From contig CANMWZ010000003.1 of the NCBI GenBank assembly GCA_947501605.1, forward strand, positions 96,001 through 160,000: a DNA stretch of 64,000 nucleotides. The letters are read 5' to 3'. The position numbers and the translations under genes are program-made. This document shows positions 8,601 through 17,096 of the stretch, piece by piece. Positions within the stretch are counted from its first letter, which is position 1, and the number at the start of each line of letters is the position of its first letter. The notes below the pieces were generated by a model. That model saw only the letters and a list, made by a program, of their open reading frames with translations, searched no databases and was not told the origin of the DNA. The DNA is from Planctomycetota bacterium (GTDB lineage Bacteria > Planctomycetota > UBA1135 > UBA2386).

Positions 8601-11521
8601 GCCGCCAAGGTGCTGGATCGGGTCTCGTTCGACGAGTTCTTCCTGGGCGCAAACATCGCTCGCAGGGCGCGGCCGGTGTGAGAGGCCTCGACTTCCATCA
8701 CCTGCTCGGGCGTTCCGGTCGCTACGACCGTGCCACCACCGGCGCCACCTTCCGGACCAAGGTCGACGATCCAGTCGGCGGCGCGAACGACGTCGAGGTT
8801 GTGTTCGATCACCAGCAGGGAGTTGCCGGCATCGCACAACCTCTGCATGCAAAGCAACAGCTGACCGATGTCGTGAAAATGCAGGCCGGTCGTCGGCTCA
8901 TCGAGCACGTAGAGAGTCTTGCCCGTAGCCGGCCGCTGCAGTTCGGTCGCAAGCTTCACGCGCTGGGCCTCGCCGCCAGACAGCGTCGTCGATGGCTGCC
9001 CGAGCTTCAGGTAGCCAAGCCCCACGTCCTGCAGCGCCCGTAGCGCCCGCGCGATCTTTGGTAGTTCGGAAAACAGCGTGAGGGCTTCGTCGACGGTCAT
9101 CTCGAGGACGTCGTGAACACTCTTCTCCTTGAATCGGATCTCCAGAGTCTCGGGATGGAAGCGGGCCCCAGAACACTGCTCACAAACCACCTCGACCGGC
9201 GCGAGGAAGTTCATCTCCAAGGTCTGAACCCCAGCACCCTCACAGGCCTCGCAACGACCACCGGCGACGTTGAAGCTGAACCGGCCCTTCTCGTACTGAC
9301 GCAGCCTGGCTTCTGGCAACTGCGCGTAGAGGTCGCGAATGTGGGTCCAGACATCCGTGTAAGTCGCTGGGTTGCTCCGCGGCGTGCGGCCGATTGGTGA
9401 CTGGTCGATCTCGACCAACTTGTCGATCTGCTCGACGCCGGTTACGCGCTTGCAGCGAGCACTCTTGGGCGGCTCGCCGCTGAGCACGGCAGCCACCCAC
9501 GGCTTCAGCACGTGATGCACGAGCGTCGATTTGCCCGAGCCGGAGACACCCGTGATGGCAACGAAGCGACCGAGCGGGAGATCCACGTCGAGACCGCGCA
9601 GATTGTGAAAGCGCGCACCCTCGATGCGGAGATGCCCCTTGTCCTCGCCGCGGCGCTCCTTGGGCATCGGCACCGTCAACTCGCCGCGCAGGTACTTGCC
9701 GGTCAGCGAGTTTTCGTTCGCCTCGACTTCTGCCGGCGTTCCGGCGGCAACCACCTCGCCGCCACCGGCGCCAGCGCCCGGACCGATGTCGACGAGCCAA
9801 TCGCTCTTGCGCATCGTGTCTTCATCGTGTTCGACGACGACCAGCGTGTTGCCGCGATCGCGCAGCGCCAAGAGCGTGCGCAAGAGGCGGTCTTGATCGC
9901 GCGAGTGCAGACCGATCGACGGCTCGTCGAGTACATAGAGAATGCCACGAAGCCCGGCACCGACCTGCGCTGCGAGCCGAATGCGCTGCGACTCGCCACC
10001 CGAGAGCGTGCGGGCCGGGCGAGACAGCGTCAGGTAGCCAAGGCCCACTTCTTCGAGGAAGACGAGTCGTCGCTCGATCTCGCGCACGATCTCACGGCCG
10101 ATCTCGAGATCGTTGCCGGCAAGTCGCACGGCTCGGATCCACAGTAGCGCCTGCTCCACCGGCAACCCCGACACCTCGGGCAGGCTGCTTTCTTGGAACA
10201 TCACCGCCCGCGCCGCCGCGCACAGCCGGTCGCCATCGCAATCGGGGCACTTCACTGCCGCGCGGTAGCGGTCGAGATGCCGCGCCCGCGACGGACGGTA
10301 GACGCGTTCGAGGTGACCAAGGATGCCCGGGAACGCAATGCGATCCATACCGGACGACTCGAACGTCGCCGAGCGCCGCTGCCAGCGGAACTCGAACGTC
10401 TTGGTCCCGCTGCCGTGCAACACGACCTTCCTTGCCTTCGCCGTCAGCCTTTGCCACGGCGTGTCGACGTCGAAGCCGAAGGCATCGCCGACCGTTTGGA
10501 GGTGCGCCATCGTCAGCGTGCTGTAGACCAGCTTGCCTTCGTCGGTGAACACCGACAAGGCACCCTCGCGCAGCGACTTGCTGGCGTCGGCTAGGAGCAG
10601 AGCCTCGTCGAATCCGTAGATTTCGCCGAGCCCTTCGCACCGCTGGCACATGCCAATCGGGCTGTTGAACGAGAACAGGCGGGGCTCCATCTCCGGCAAG
10701 CCGCCGTGACCGTCTGGACAACTCCGCTTCGCCGAGAACACGCGGTAGCCGGCGTCCTCCCACGCGAGCGCGCAGGTGCTGTCGCCGAGCGCCAGCGCTT
10801 GCTCGACGGCTTCGGCAAGACGCGAGCGCGTTTCCGTGGCCACGGTGAGTCGGTCGACCACGAGTTCGATCGTGTGGTAGACGTAGCGCTCGAGCACGAT
10901 GTCCTCGTCGAGGCGCCGCACGACCCCGTCGATCCGCGCGCGTACAAAGCCCTTGCTGCGCCATTCGACGAGCTCCTTGCGGTACTCGCCCTTGCGCTCG
11001 CGAACCACCGGCGCGAGGACCATCACAGCAGTGCCTCGGTGATCGACAATCATCGCCTCGACGATGCGATCCGGCGACCAGGCCTCGATCTTGGCACCGC
11101 ACTCGGGACAGCTCGGAGTGCCAAGGCGCGACCACAGCAAGCGCAGGAAGTCACTTACCTCGGTGAGCGTCCCGACGGTGCTGCGCACACTGTGACTGGT
11201 CGACTTCTGGTCGATGGAGACCGTCGGCGAGAGGCCCTCGATGAGGTCGACCTTGGGCTTCTCCATGCGCCCCAGAAACTGCCGCGCATACGAACTCAGA
11301 CTCTCCAGGAAGCGACGCTGGCCTTCCTGATAAATCGTGTGGTAGGCGAGGCTCGACTTGCCGGAGCCCGACACGCCCGTGAAGGTCGACAGTGCATCGC
11401 GCGGGAACGTCAGATCGACGCCCTTCAGGTTGTGCTCCCGAGCCCCTTTGACCACTACATAGCCACGGTCTGGACGGGGCACCGCAGGCGCGTCGGGGGT
11501 CGATTTGGACTTCGGTCGCAC
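5618..11521 (-). CDS. uvrA: Excinuclease ABC subunit A, double-length (two fused UvrA units, about 1970 aa)
   Basis: Four Walker A (GVSGSGKS x3, GPSGSGKS), four LSGGE signatures, four LDEP Walker B, duplicated Zn-finger CxxC sets and FSFN motifs. GTG start at 11521 chosen because TAGGAT lies upstream; the ORF extends to 11563. Confidence 0.95.
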   Translation of the reverse strand: MRPKSKSTPDAPAVPRPDRGYVVVKGAREHNLKGVDLTFPRDALSTFTGVSGSGKSSLAYHTIYQEGQRRFLESLSSYARQFLGRMEKPKVDLIEGLSPTVSIDQKSTSHSVRSTVGTLTEVSDFLRLLWSRLGTPSCPECGAKIEAWSPDRIVEAMIVDHRGTAVMVLAPVVRERKGEYRKELVEWRSKGFVRARIDGVVRRLDEDIVLERYVYHTIELVVDRLTVATETRSRLAEAVEQALALGDSTCALAWEDAGYRVFSAKRSCPDGHGGLPEMEPRLFSFNSPIGMCQRCEGLGEIYGFDEALLLADASKSLREGALSVFTDEGKLVYSTLTMAHLQTVGDAFGFDVDTPWQRLTAKARKVVLHGSGTKTFEFRWQRRSATFESSGMDRIAFPGILGHLERVYRPSRARHLDRYRAAVKCPDCDGDRLCAAARAVMFQESSLPEVSGLPVEQALLWIRAVRLAGNDLEIGREIVREIERRLVFLEEVGLGYLTLSRPARTLSGGESQRIRLAAQVGAGLRGILYVLDEPSIGLHSRDQDRLLRTLLALRDRGNTLVVVEHDEDTMRKSDWLVDIGPGAGAGGGEVVAAGTPAEVEANENSLTGKYLRGELTVPMPKERRGEDKGHLRIEGARFHNLRGLDVDLPLGRFVAITGVSGSGKSTLVHHVLKPWVAAVLSGEPPKSARCKRVTGVEQIDKLVEIDQSPIGRTPRSNPATYTDVWTHIRDLYAQLPEARLRQYEKGRFSFNVAGGRCEACEGAGVQTLEMNFLAPVEVVCEQCSGARFHPETLEIRFKEKSVHDVLEMTVDEALTLFSELPKIARALRALQDVGLGYLKLGQPSTTLSGGEAQRVKLATELQRPATGKTLYVLDEPTTGLHFHDIGQLLLCMQRLCDAGNSLLVIEHNLDVVRAADWIVDLGPEGGAGGGTVVATGTPEQVMEVEASHTGRALRAMFAPRKNSSNETRSSTLAAKKAKAAVPQRTVRPTHITVRGARTHNLKGIDCQLPLDRFTVVTGPSGSGKSSLAFDTLFQEGQRRFLESMSTYARRFLGRMDRAPVDVLDGLGPAIAIDQKHGVRSPRSTVATTTEIHDYLRLLYARIGRPHCPAHGQELVAWSPSRIAQDVGKKWKGRRGYLLAQVAVPQEFGSDSDESLVKAASYFGALRAEWQEQGFIRVLFDGAELRLDAAWPKNSPKELFLVVDRVSFDDRVRVVDGAEQCVRAAHAHGGHGLVIAQVVGGEDAGARAVYSENRSCPQCGFLGHEQPHPRWFSFNHHTGACAQCAGLGEVVVCDESLLVNRPDKPVFGGAIKHKGAAFTFLTTGSGYYADVARVVAEQRGVDLSTPWNKLAPQDRQWLMRGLGEEKFEIVFKKREAGKSRTWRMQVKWKGLARQVEEWYHGKDEQSGGDERFRDVMRVGSCPSCHGERLGEAQRAVRVGGVRMPEVCASTVEEALRLLHNWKLDPKDARIAAEIHKELRNRLSFLHEVGLGYLTLDRSAATLSGGEAQRIRLATQLGNKLMGVLYVLDEPTVGLHPRDTERLLATLLELRDLGNTVIAVEHDESVIRAADYVLDLGPGAGSRGGTVVACGTPLEVAQSDGLTGRYLRGVLGLPQARERRVPSGHLQLRGIAVHNLKAVDVDVPLGVMTAVTGVSGSGKSSLVLDALVPQLRDGTADLVWADGEEHECRLAVVDQAALGSTPSSNPATYTEIFGPIRELFAQVPLSKQKGFGPGRFSFHVADGRCGTCEGKGHIQVEMHFLADVWVTCEMCRGKRYNQETLAVEYRNKNIAQVLAMEVDEALQFFGNHPRISRSLTLLADVGLGYLKLGQPANTLSGGEAQRLKLVAELARTPREHMVYVLDEPTTGLHMDDVQKLLGVLQRLLERGDSVIVVEHHLDVIAAADHVIELGPEGGNLGGSVVGQGTPEDIAALPQSHTGRFLKLRLAQVADAPTPANRSKKRKTTTVEES

Positions 11522-11616
11522 GGTTTGAAACCTGCTGATCCTAGCAGTGGGTCCGACCGGCACCAGCGGGACAGACGGAAGTCTCCTGCCCCTCTCCGGG
11601 GTAGGCTCCGCGCCCC

Positions 11617-11958
11617 ATGACCGACCCCGAAGCCGACGACGACGCCCCGCTCCACCTTGAACACGACCTGTTGATCCGAATGCGCCTGTCGAACCGAGCG
11701 CTCGGCGTGAACGCCGAACGGGTTGCCATCGAAGAGCTAGCCGACCAGTTGGAGGCAGCGGTGCTCGAGGCCGGGGTCGGCGAGTACGACGGCGACGAGT
11801 TCGGTGGCGGAACCTGCGTGTTGTTCTTCGCTGGTGCCGACGCGGACAAGCTCCTGGCAGCGATGACTCCGCTGCTCAAGAGGCACCCGATGGGGCGATC
11901 GGCCACCGTCACGATCCAACGTGGGAGCGATGCCGCTCCCGAAGACGTCAAGTTCTGA
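11617..11958 (+). CDS. Small acidic hypothetical protein
   Basis: 113-aa ORF with natural composition (GEYDGDEFGGG..LFFAG.DADKL), divergent from uvrA, TAGGCT 9 nt upstream of the ATG. Confidence 0.7.
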   Translation: MTDPEADDDAPLHLEHDLLIRMRLSNRALGVNAERVAIEELADQLEAAVLEAGVGEYDGDEFGGGTCVLFFAGADADKLLAAMTPLLKRHPMGRSATVTIQRGSDAAPEDVKF

Positions 11959-11991
11959 TCGCTGCCAGCGGCGGCGGCCGCTGCAACCTGC

Positions 11992-13497
11992 TCAGTTGCC
12001 GAGCAGAACGTCGACCATGTTGCTGCCAACAAGACCAAGGGTCGTGGTCGCAGATGGCGAGAACCCGAAGTACTGGAAGTACAGGTGCTGACCGACGAGG
12101 CCTGGATCGTTGGGCATGGTGTAGCTCCGCCCGGCGACGCCAAAGGTGCTGACGATCGACTCGGTGTAGTCGAGCGACACGCGCAAAAGGCAGCCCTCAA
12201 CGCCGAGTGGCGTCATGTCCACTGGCAGCGACGCCCCACTCCACGTCGTCGACGACAGCCCGATCGCGAACCAACCCAACTGCGGCGTCGCGGCATGCAA
12301 GTTGGTGGCAATCACCGACATCGGCATCGCGATCTCGGGCAGACCGCTGACCAACAGCGTCGGCACTTGTAGACCGCCACAGCCAGCGCCGACTGCGGTG
12401 ATCGAACCGATCGTGTGCAAGGCCAAGGCTTGCAGACGCGCAGCAGTGAAGTCTGCACGCAGTGCGTCGGTGCCAGAGTTTCCCCCACTCGTCGCACTGC
12501 AACCACCGTGCGTGTGTACGCCGATCATCTGTCCCGTTGACTCCAGCAGCACTGCCGACCCGGAGTTGCCGCCAGTGGTGTCGGTGTCATAACGCAGCGC
12601 GGTGGCGGTGGCCGTCGACTGACGGTTGCCGAAGTGCGTCTTCTGCACTTGGTTCCAGGTGGACGACCCGCTGGTGCCATTTCCGGTGCCATAGCCAGTC
12701 ACCCGGATCTGCTGCCCCGCAACCAGCGGCGGCGCCGGGACAATCGAGTACCAACTTCCCTGTGCCTGCCCGGGATAGAGCTGCGTGTTGCTGTTGCGCA
12801 CCGCACTCATCGTCGCCCAGTCCGCCCCAACGCCGCCGTTCAAGCTCTGCAAGAACGTGGACAACGCGTACTGGTCGTTGGGATGCGAGGGCACCGGTGT
12901 GCCACTGGCGGTCGAAAGCGGCACGTTGAAGTGCAAGATCTTGCCCGCCGTGCCAGACGTCATGCAGTGCCCAGCCGTCCCGGCCGCAAACGCCGAGAAC
13001 AGCCACGCGGAACAGCTCGCGTTGAGCCTTCCTGAGCGCGGATCGTTCGAGAGCACCCGATCGTCCGTCGTGCCGCAGATCGTGTCGACGTCGACCACTG
13101 TGCCCACATCAAGGACCGCCACCGAATCGATGCGCGCCCGGTTACCGGTGGTGGCGGCACCGGCAACGAGCTCGATGCGCAAGGTCGGCCCCACGAATTG
13201 GCACGAGTAGCAGCCGTAGTCAGCAATCGAGCGGGCGTCATGCCACTGCACCCAGTCAGGTCGTACGGGGGCGTAGATCTTGAGCTGCGAACCGGGAGGC
13301 AGGTTCACATCGGCAAAGTGCAACTGCAGCCAATCGCCGGCCACCGTGACGTCCGTGGTCCAGAGCACGCGCGGCGCCGGGTCCAGATTGCTCACCAGCC
13401 CCGAATCGCGGTTCATCGCCACGGTGCGAAGCGGCGACAAGGCCTCCTGGCAGAGAGCGCTCGCGACCAACGACAAGGCCACAACGAGATGGTGCAT
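11992..13497 (-). CDS. Secreted trypsin-like (S1) serine protease with N-terminal pro-domain and C-terminal beta-rich domain
   Basis: Signal peptide MHHLVVALSLVASALC; catalytic TAGHC, GADWA, GGNSGS; mature region starts ICGTTDDR. Confidence 0.85.
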   Translation of the reverse strand: MHHLVVALSLVASALCQEALSPLRTVAMNRDSGLVSNLDPAPRVLWTTDVTVAGDWLQLHFADVNLPPGSQLKIYAPVRPDWVQWHDARSIADYGCYSCQFVGPTLRIELVAGAATTGNRARIDSVAVLDVGTVVDVDTICGTTDDRVLSNDPRSGRLNASCSAWLFSAFAAGTAGHCMTSGTAGKILHFNVPLSTASGTPVPSHPNDQYALSTFLQSLNGGVGADWATMSAVRNSNTQLYPGQAQGSWYSIVPAPPLVAGQQIRVTGYGTGNGTSGSSTWNQVQKTHFGNRQSTATATALRYDTDTTGGNSGSAVLLESTGQMIGVHTHGGCSATSGGNSGTDALRADFTAARLQALALHTIGSITAVGAGCGGLQVPTLLVSGLPEIAMPMSVIATNLHAATPQLGWFAIGLSSTTWSGASLPVDMTPLGVEGCLLRVSLDYTESIVSTFGVAGRSYTMPNDPGLVGQHLYFQYFGFSPSATTTLGLVGSNMVDVLLGN

Positions 13498-13639
13498 GGC
13501 GCCAAGGCTACCGGACTCCGCCACCGCCGTCACCCTTGTCGGCAGCCCTACGTCCGCCCGAGCGGATTCAAGCGATGGTGTCGCGCCGATCGATACGCGG
13601 TGAAGCGTGCCGTCGCACGCACCACCACGGACCCACACG

Positions 13640-14656
13640 ATGTCGCGCATTGCCCTCCTGATCGCCGCCCTCCTGCTCGCTAGTTGCGGCCTGTTCCGCA
13701 CCGACGACAGAGCTTCCACCACCCCATTGCCCAGCCCCATGGTGGAGACCGCGCCAAAGGCGCAGGTCAGGATCCCCTATGCGCTCGCGCGCTGCATCGT
13801 CAGCGGCAAGATGCTTCTCGAAGACGCGGTGACGTTCGTGGTCGACGGCCGCACGTTCCGCACCTGTTGCCCGAAGTGCCAGCAGACGATCGAAGAGGAC
13901 CCGGAACTCTGGGGCCATCAGGTCGATGCCGCCACGATCGCCGACCAACTTCGCGACTACCCCCTGGGCACGTGCCTCGTCTCGGGCAAGCCGCTGCCCG
14001 AGTCCGCCGTCTCAGCCCTTTGCGGCTCGACTCTCGTGCGCCTCTGCTGCACCGGCTGCAAAGCCCGCTTTGAAGCCGAGCCGACGCACTATCTCGCGCG
14101 CCTCGACACTGCGAAGTGCGTCAGCTACGGCACGGCCACCATCAACACGACGAACTGGACGCCCAAGCAGACGACCCAGTGGATCCAGGATCAGTTGCCG
14201 GACTACCCGCTCACCAATTGTCCGATCTCGGGCAAGCCGATCGATGAGAGTGGCGCCCCCTACGACATCCTGCTCGACGGTACGCTGGTTCGACTGTGTT
14301 CTGAGAAATGCGCCACCAAGGCCGAAGCTCGCGCTGCGGAGATCGCCACGGCGGTGCAGAGCGCGGCCTTCGCCCAGCAGAAGGCCGAGTATCCGTCGAG
14401 CCAGTGCGCGGTATCGGGCAAACCGCTTGGTGACCGCGCCAGCTCGACCATGCTTGGCACGACTCTCGTACGGACCTGCACGTCCTCGTGCATGAGTCAC
14501 CTCGTCGACAATCGTTCGGCACTCGTCGCGACCTTGCGCGCGGCGCGCATCGAAGCCAGAGTCGCCACCAAGCAGAATTGCTGCAACACCGGTGGCACTT
14601 GCTGCTGCGCAAGCGAGGACTCAGCGCCTGCCTCGGACGGCAGCACCGGCAAGTAG
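13640..14656 (+). CDS. Lipoprotein with four TRASH/YHS-like Cys metal-binding repeats
   Basis: Lipobox LASC; four repeats Y(P)xxxCx(V/I)SGK...R(T/L)CxxxC; Cys-rich tail CCNTGGTCCC. Confidence 0.75.
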   Translation: MSRIALLIAALLLASCGLFRTDDRASTTPLPSPMVETAPKAQVRIPYALARCIVSGKMLLEDAVTFVVDGRTFRTCCPKCQQTIEEDPELWGHQVDAATIADQLRDYPLGTCLVSGKPLPESAVSALCGSTLVRLCCTGCKARFEAEPTHYLARLDTAKCVSYGTATINTTNWTPKQTTQWIQDQLPDYPLTNCPISGKPIDESGAPYDILLDGTLVRLCSEKCATKAEARAAEIATAVQSAAFAQQKAEYPSSQCAVSGKPLGDRASSTMLGTTLVRTCTSSCMSHLVDNRSALVATLRAARIEARVATKQNCCNTGGTCCCASEDSAPASDGSTGK

Positions 14657-14788
14657 CAGGGTCGCGGACGCGGTGTCGACTGCGGACGAAGTACGACGGA
14701 TCCAGCACCTCGGTGCCGTTGGCTCACGGTGCGCTCGGCGCCCTCGCCCCGCAAACGCCAGCGTAGCCCGTCCTCAATCGGTGGCTGC

Positions 14789-15619
14789 TTACGGCAGGAA
14801 GCGGCGGACGTCGTCGTGGAGGATGGCATTGCTGGCCAGAATCCGCCCGCCATAGAGCCAGGCGTCGCCGCCGTCGATGTCGGTGACCCGCCCCCCCGCT
14901 TCGCGGACCACGATCGCGCCAGCGGCGACGTCATACGGGGCCAGATCGAACTCCCAGTAGGCGTCGTAGGCCCCGCGCGCGACGAAGCAGAGGTCGAGTT
15001 CCGCCGATCCAAATCGGCGCACATCGCGGCAGTGCGGCATCACCCGTCGCAGGCGCTCGATGTTGTCCACCGCGCCCTGCTCATCGCGACGATAGGCAAA
15101 GCCCGTGGCGAGGAGCGCGTCGGCGAGCTCGCTGGTCGACGACACCCGCAACGGTGTGCCGTTGCAGGTCGCGCCGAGACCAAGAGCGGCTGAGTAGGTC
15201 TGCTGTAGGACGGGCGCATGCACGACACCCACCACTGGCACCGACCGGTAGGCGAGCCCGATCGCAACCGCGAAGAACGGGAGTCCGTGCACAAAGTTGG
15301 TCGTGCCGTCGAGTGGATCGACGATCCACGTCCAGTCCGACTGGCTGCTCTTCTGACCTTGGACCGTGAGCACGCCCTCTTCGGCGAGGACGGCGTGGTC
15401 TGGATACTGCTGCAGCAAGCCGCCGACGACCACACGTTCGGTTTCGCGGTCGGCCTCGGTCACCAGTTCGCGGCGGAAACTCTTCGACCGGGCGCTGCCG
15501 CGCGCTGCCTGCAAGCGCAGCAGCACTTCGCCCCCTTGGATCGCGAGCGCGCTAGCTCGGGCGCGCCACTCGGCAAGCTGCTCTGCCGTGGCCGGCACCG
15601 CGATCGTCCGATCACCCAT
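14789..15619 (-). CDS. suhB: Inositol monophosphatase family protein
   Basis: LVTEAD, AEE, WIVDPLDGTTNF, RRFGSAELDL, PYDVAAG. Confidence 0.9.
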   Translation of the reverse strand: MGDRTIAVPATAEQLAEWRARASALAIQGGEVLLRLQAARGSARSKSFRRELVTEADRETERVVVGGLLQQYPDHAVLAEEGVLTVQGQKSSQSDWTWIVDPLDGTTNFVHGLPFFAVAIGLAYRSVPVVGVVHAPVLQQTYSAALGLGATCNGTPLRVSSTSELADALLATGFAYRRDEQGAVDNIERLRRVMPHCRDVRRFGSAELDLCFVARGAYDAYWEFDLAPYDVAAGAIVVREAGGRVTDIDGGDAWLYGGRILASNAILHDDVRRFLP

Positions 15620-17009
15620 CCGAGGCGCCTCGATCGAGCGCCTCGACGATGCGTTCCTGCAGCGTCTTCAGCATCCTGTTGACGCCGTCCTTGCGCGGGT
15701 CGTAGTTCATCAAGATCGCGAACGCGCAACGCGAACCGTCCTTGCGCTGGAGAATGCCCGACAGCGACGAAGCGCCGCGGATCCAGCCGGTCTTGGCTTG
15801 CACGCGGCCGCGCACTGGGCTGTTCTGGAAGCGACCCGACAGCGTGCCGGTCTCGCCGCCGACCGGCAGAGCCGCGAGGAACATGTCGGCGTCGCGCGAG
15901 GCGACGATCTCGCGCAACGCCGTGACCAAGAGCCGCGGCGTCACTTCGTTGCCGCGCGACAAGCCGCTGCCGTCAATCTGAACCAAGGCCTCACCGGCGC
16001 CCCCGAACTTGCCATCGAGCGTCGCACGCACGGCGGCGAGGCCACCTTGGAGACTGCCATCGCCACTCAGTTCGGCACCTAGCACGCGCACCAGTTGTTC
16101 CGCGTCGAAGTTGCTCGATTCCTCCAGCATCCTCACCAAGGCAGGCTGTAGCGGCGTGCGATGCCTGTAGAGCTCCGGAACATCGATCGCGGCAGCGTCT
16201 GCCGTCACGCGAATGCCGCCTTGCGCGAGCGCCTGGAGCACGCCGCGCTCGAACCACGGCAACGGATCGCGCACCGCCGTCTGGGTGACGACCTGGGTCG
16301 AACCCTTCCACATCTTGCCCTGCACGCGCAAGCGGTCACCAAGATCCATCGCCCCATAGACCGCCCCCTTCTTGGCCGCGACCACCGCGATGCTGCCGTC
16401 CACCGGCATGTCGAGGAAGGGAGCGACCAGGAGTGCCTCGGCAGTGGCTCCCGCGGGGCGGACCTGCAGCCGAAACGTCCCTTGCTCGAGCACGAAGCCG
16501 CCGGTCGGAGCGCAGTAGTAGGTGTCGAGCTGGTCCTGTGGCCAGGTCGCCGGCCGCCCGGGACCTGTGAAGACGCCTTGCTGCAGTTCGACCGCGCGCA
16601 CGCTGCGAACACCGCGCTGGATCAGTGCCGAGACCAGCCCTCGCCACAGCGCTTCGGGCCCGTGCTCGGTGCCGGTGATGAGGTTCGGGTCGCCGCCAGC
16701 GTGGACGACGAGCCGGCCCTGGCGCAACTCGAAGCGCGTGCCGAACTCGTAGCTGTGGCCGAGGCCATGCAACACGGCGGCGGCGCTCAGCAGCTTCATG
16801 TTGCTGGCCGGCACGAAGCGCTCGTCCTGACGATGGCGATAGCGCCACGTGCCGTCGATCTCGATCGCGGCAACGCCAGTACGAACCCCCTGGCCCTCGG
16901 CCTCCGCAACGGCGGCCGACATCAGCGCCGCGCTGCGTTGCGCGATCGCCGTCGCAGCACATGCCCAGAGCACAACCGCAGTCATGCGAACGTAGCAGCA
17001 GCCACCCAT
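15612..17009 (-). CDS. dacB: D-alanyl-D-alanine carboxypeptidase/endopeptidase (PBP4, peptidase S13)
   Basis: PASNMKL (SxxK), GGDP, SSN, DGSGLSR, KTG motifs; signal peptide. Start may be 16985. Confidence 0.9.
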   Translation of the reverse strand: MGGCCYVRMTAVVLWACAATAIAQRSAALMSAAVAEAEGQGVRTGVAAIEIDGTWRYRHRQDERFVPASNMKLLSAAAVLHGLGHSYEFGTRFELRQGRLVVHAGGDPNLITGTEHGPEALWRGLVSALIQRGVRSVRAVELQQGVFTGPGRPATWPQDQLDTYYCAPTGGFVLEQGTFRLQVRPAGATAEALLVAPFLDMPVDGSIAVVAAKKGAVYGAMDLGDRLRVQGKMWKGSTQVVTQTAVRDPLPWFERGVLQALAQGGIRVTADAAAIDVPELYRHRTPLQPALVRMLEESSNFDAEQLVRVLGAELSGDGSLQGGLAAVRATLDGKFGGAGEALVQIDGSGLSRGNEVTPRLLVTALREIVASRDADMFLAALPVGGETGTLSGRFQNSPVRGRVQAKTGWIRGASSLSGILQRKDGSRCAFAILMNYDPRKDGVNRMLKTLQERIVEALDRGASDG

Positions 17010-17096
17010 GGCGGGTTCTTATCGCAGATCCCGCATCGCGATGCCACCGTGCGACCAGCGCGTGCCTCGACCCGCTACACGCAGTAGGCTGCGCCG

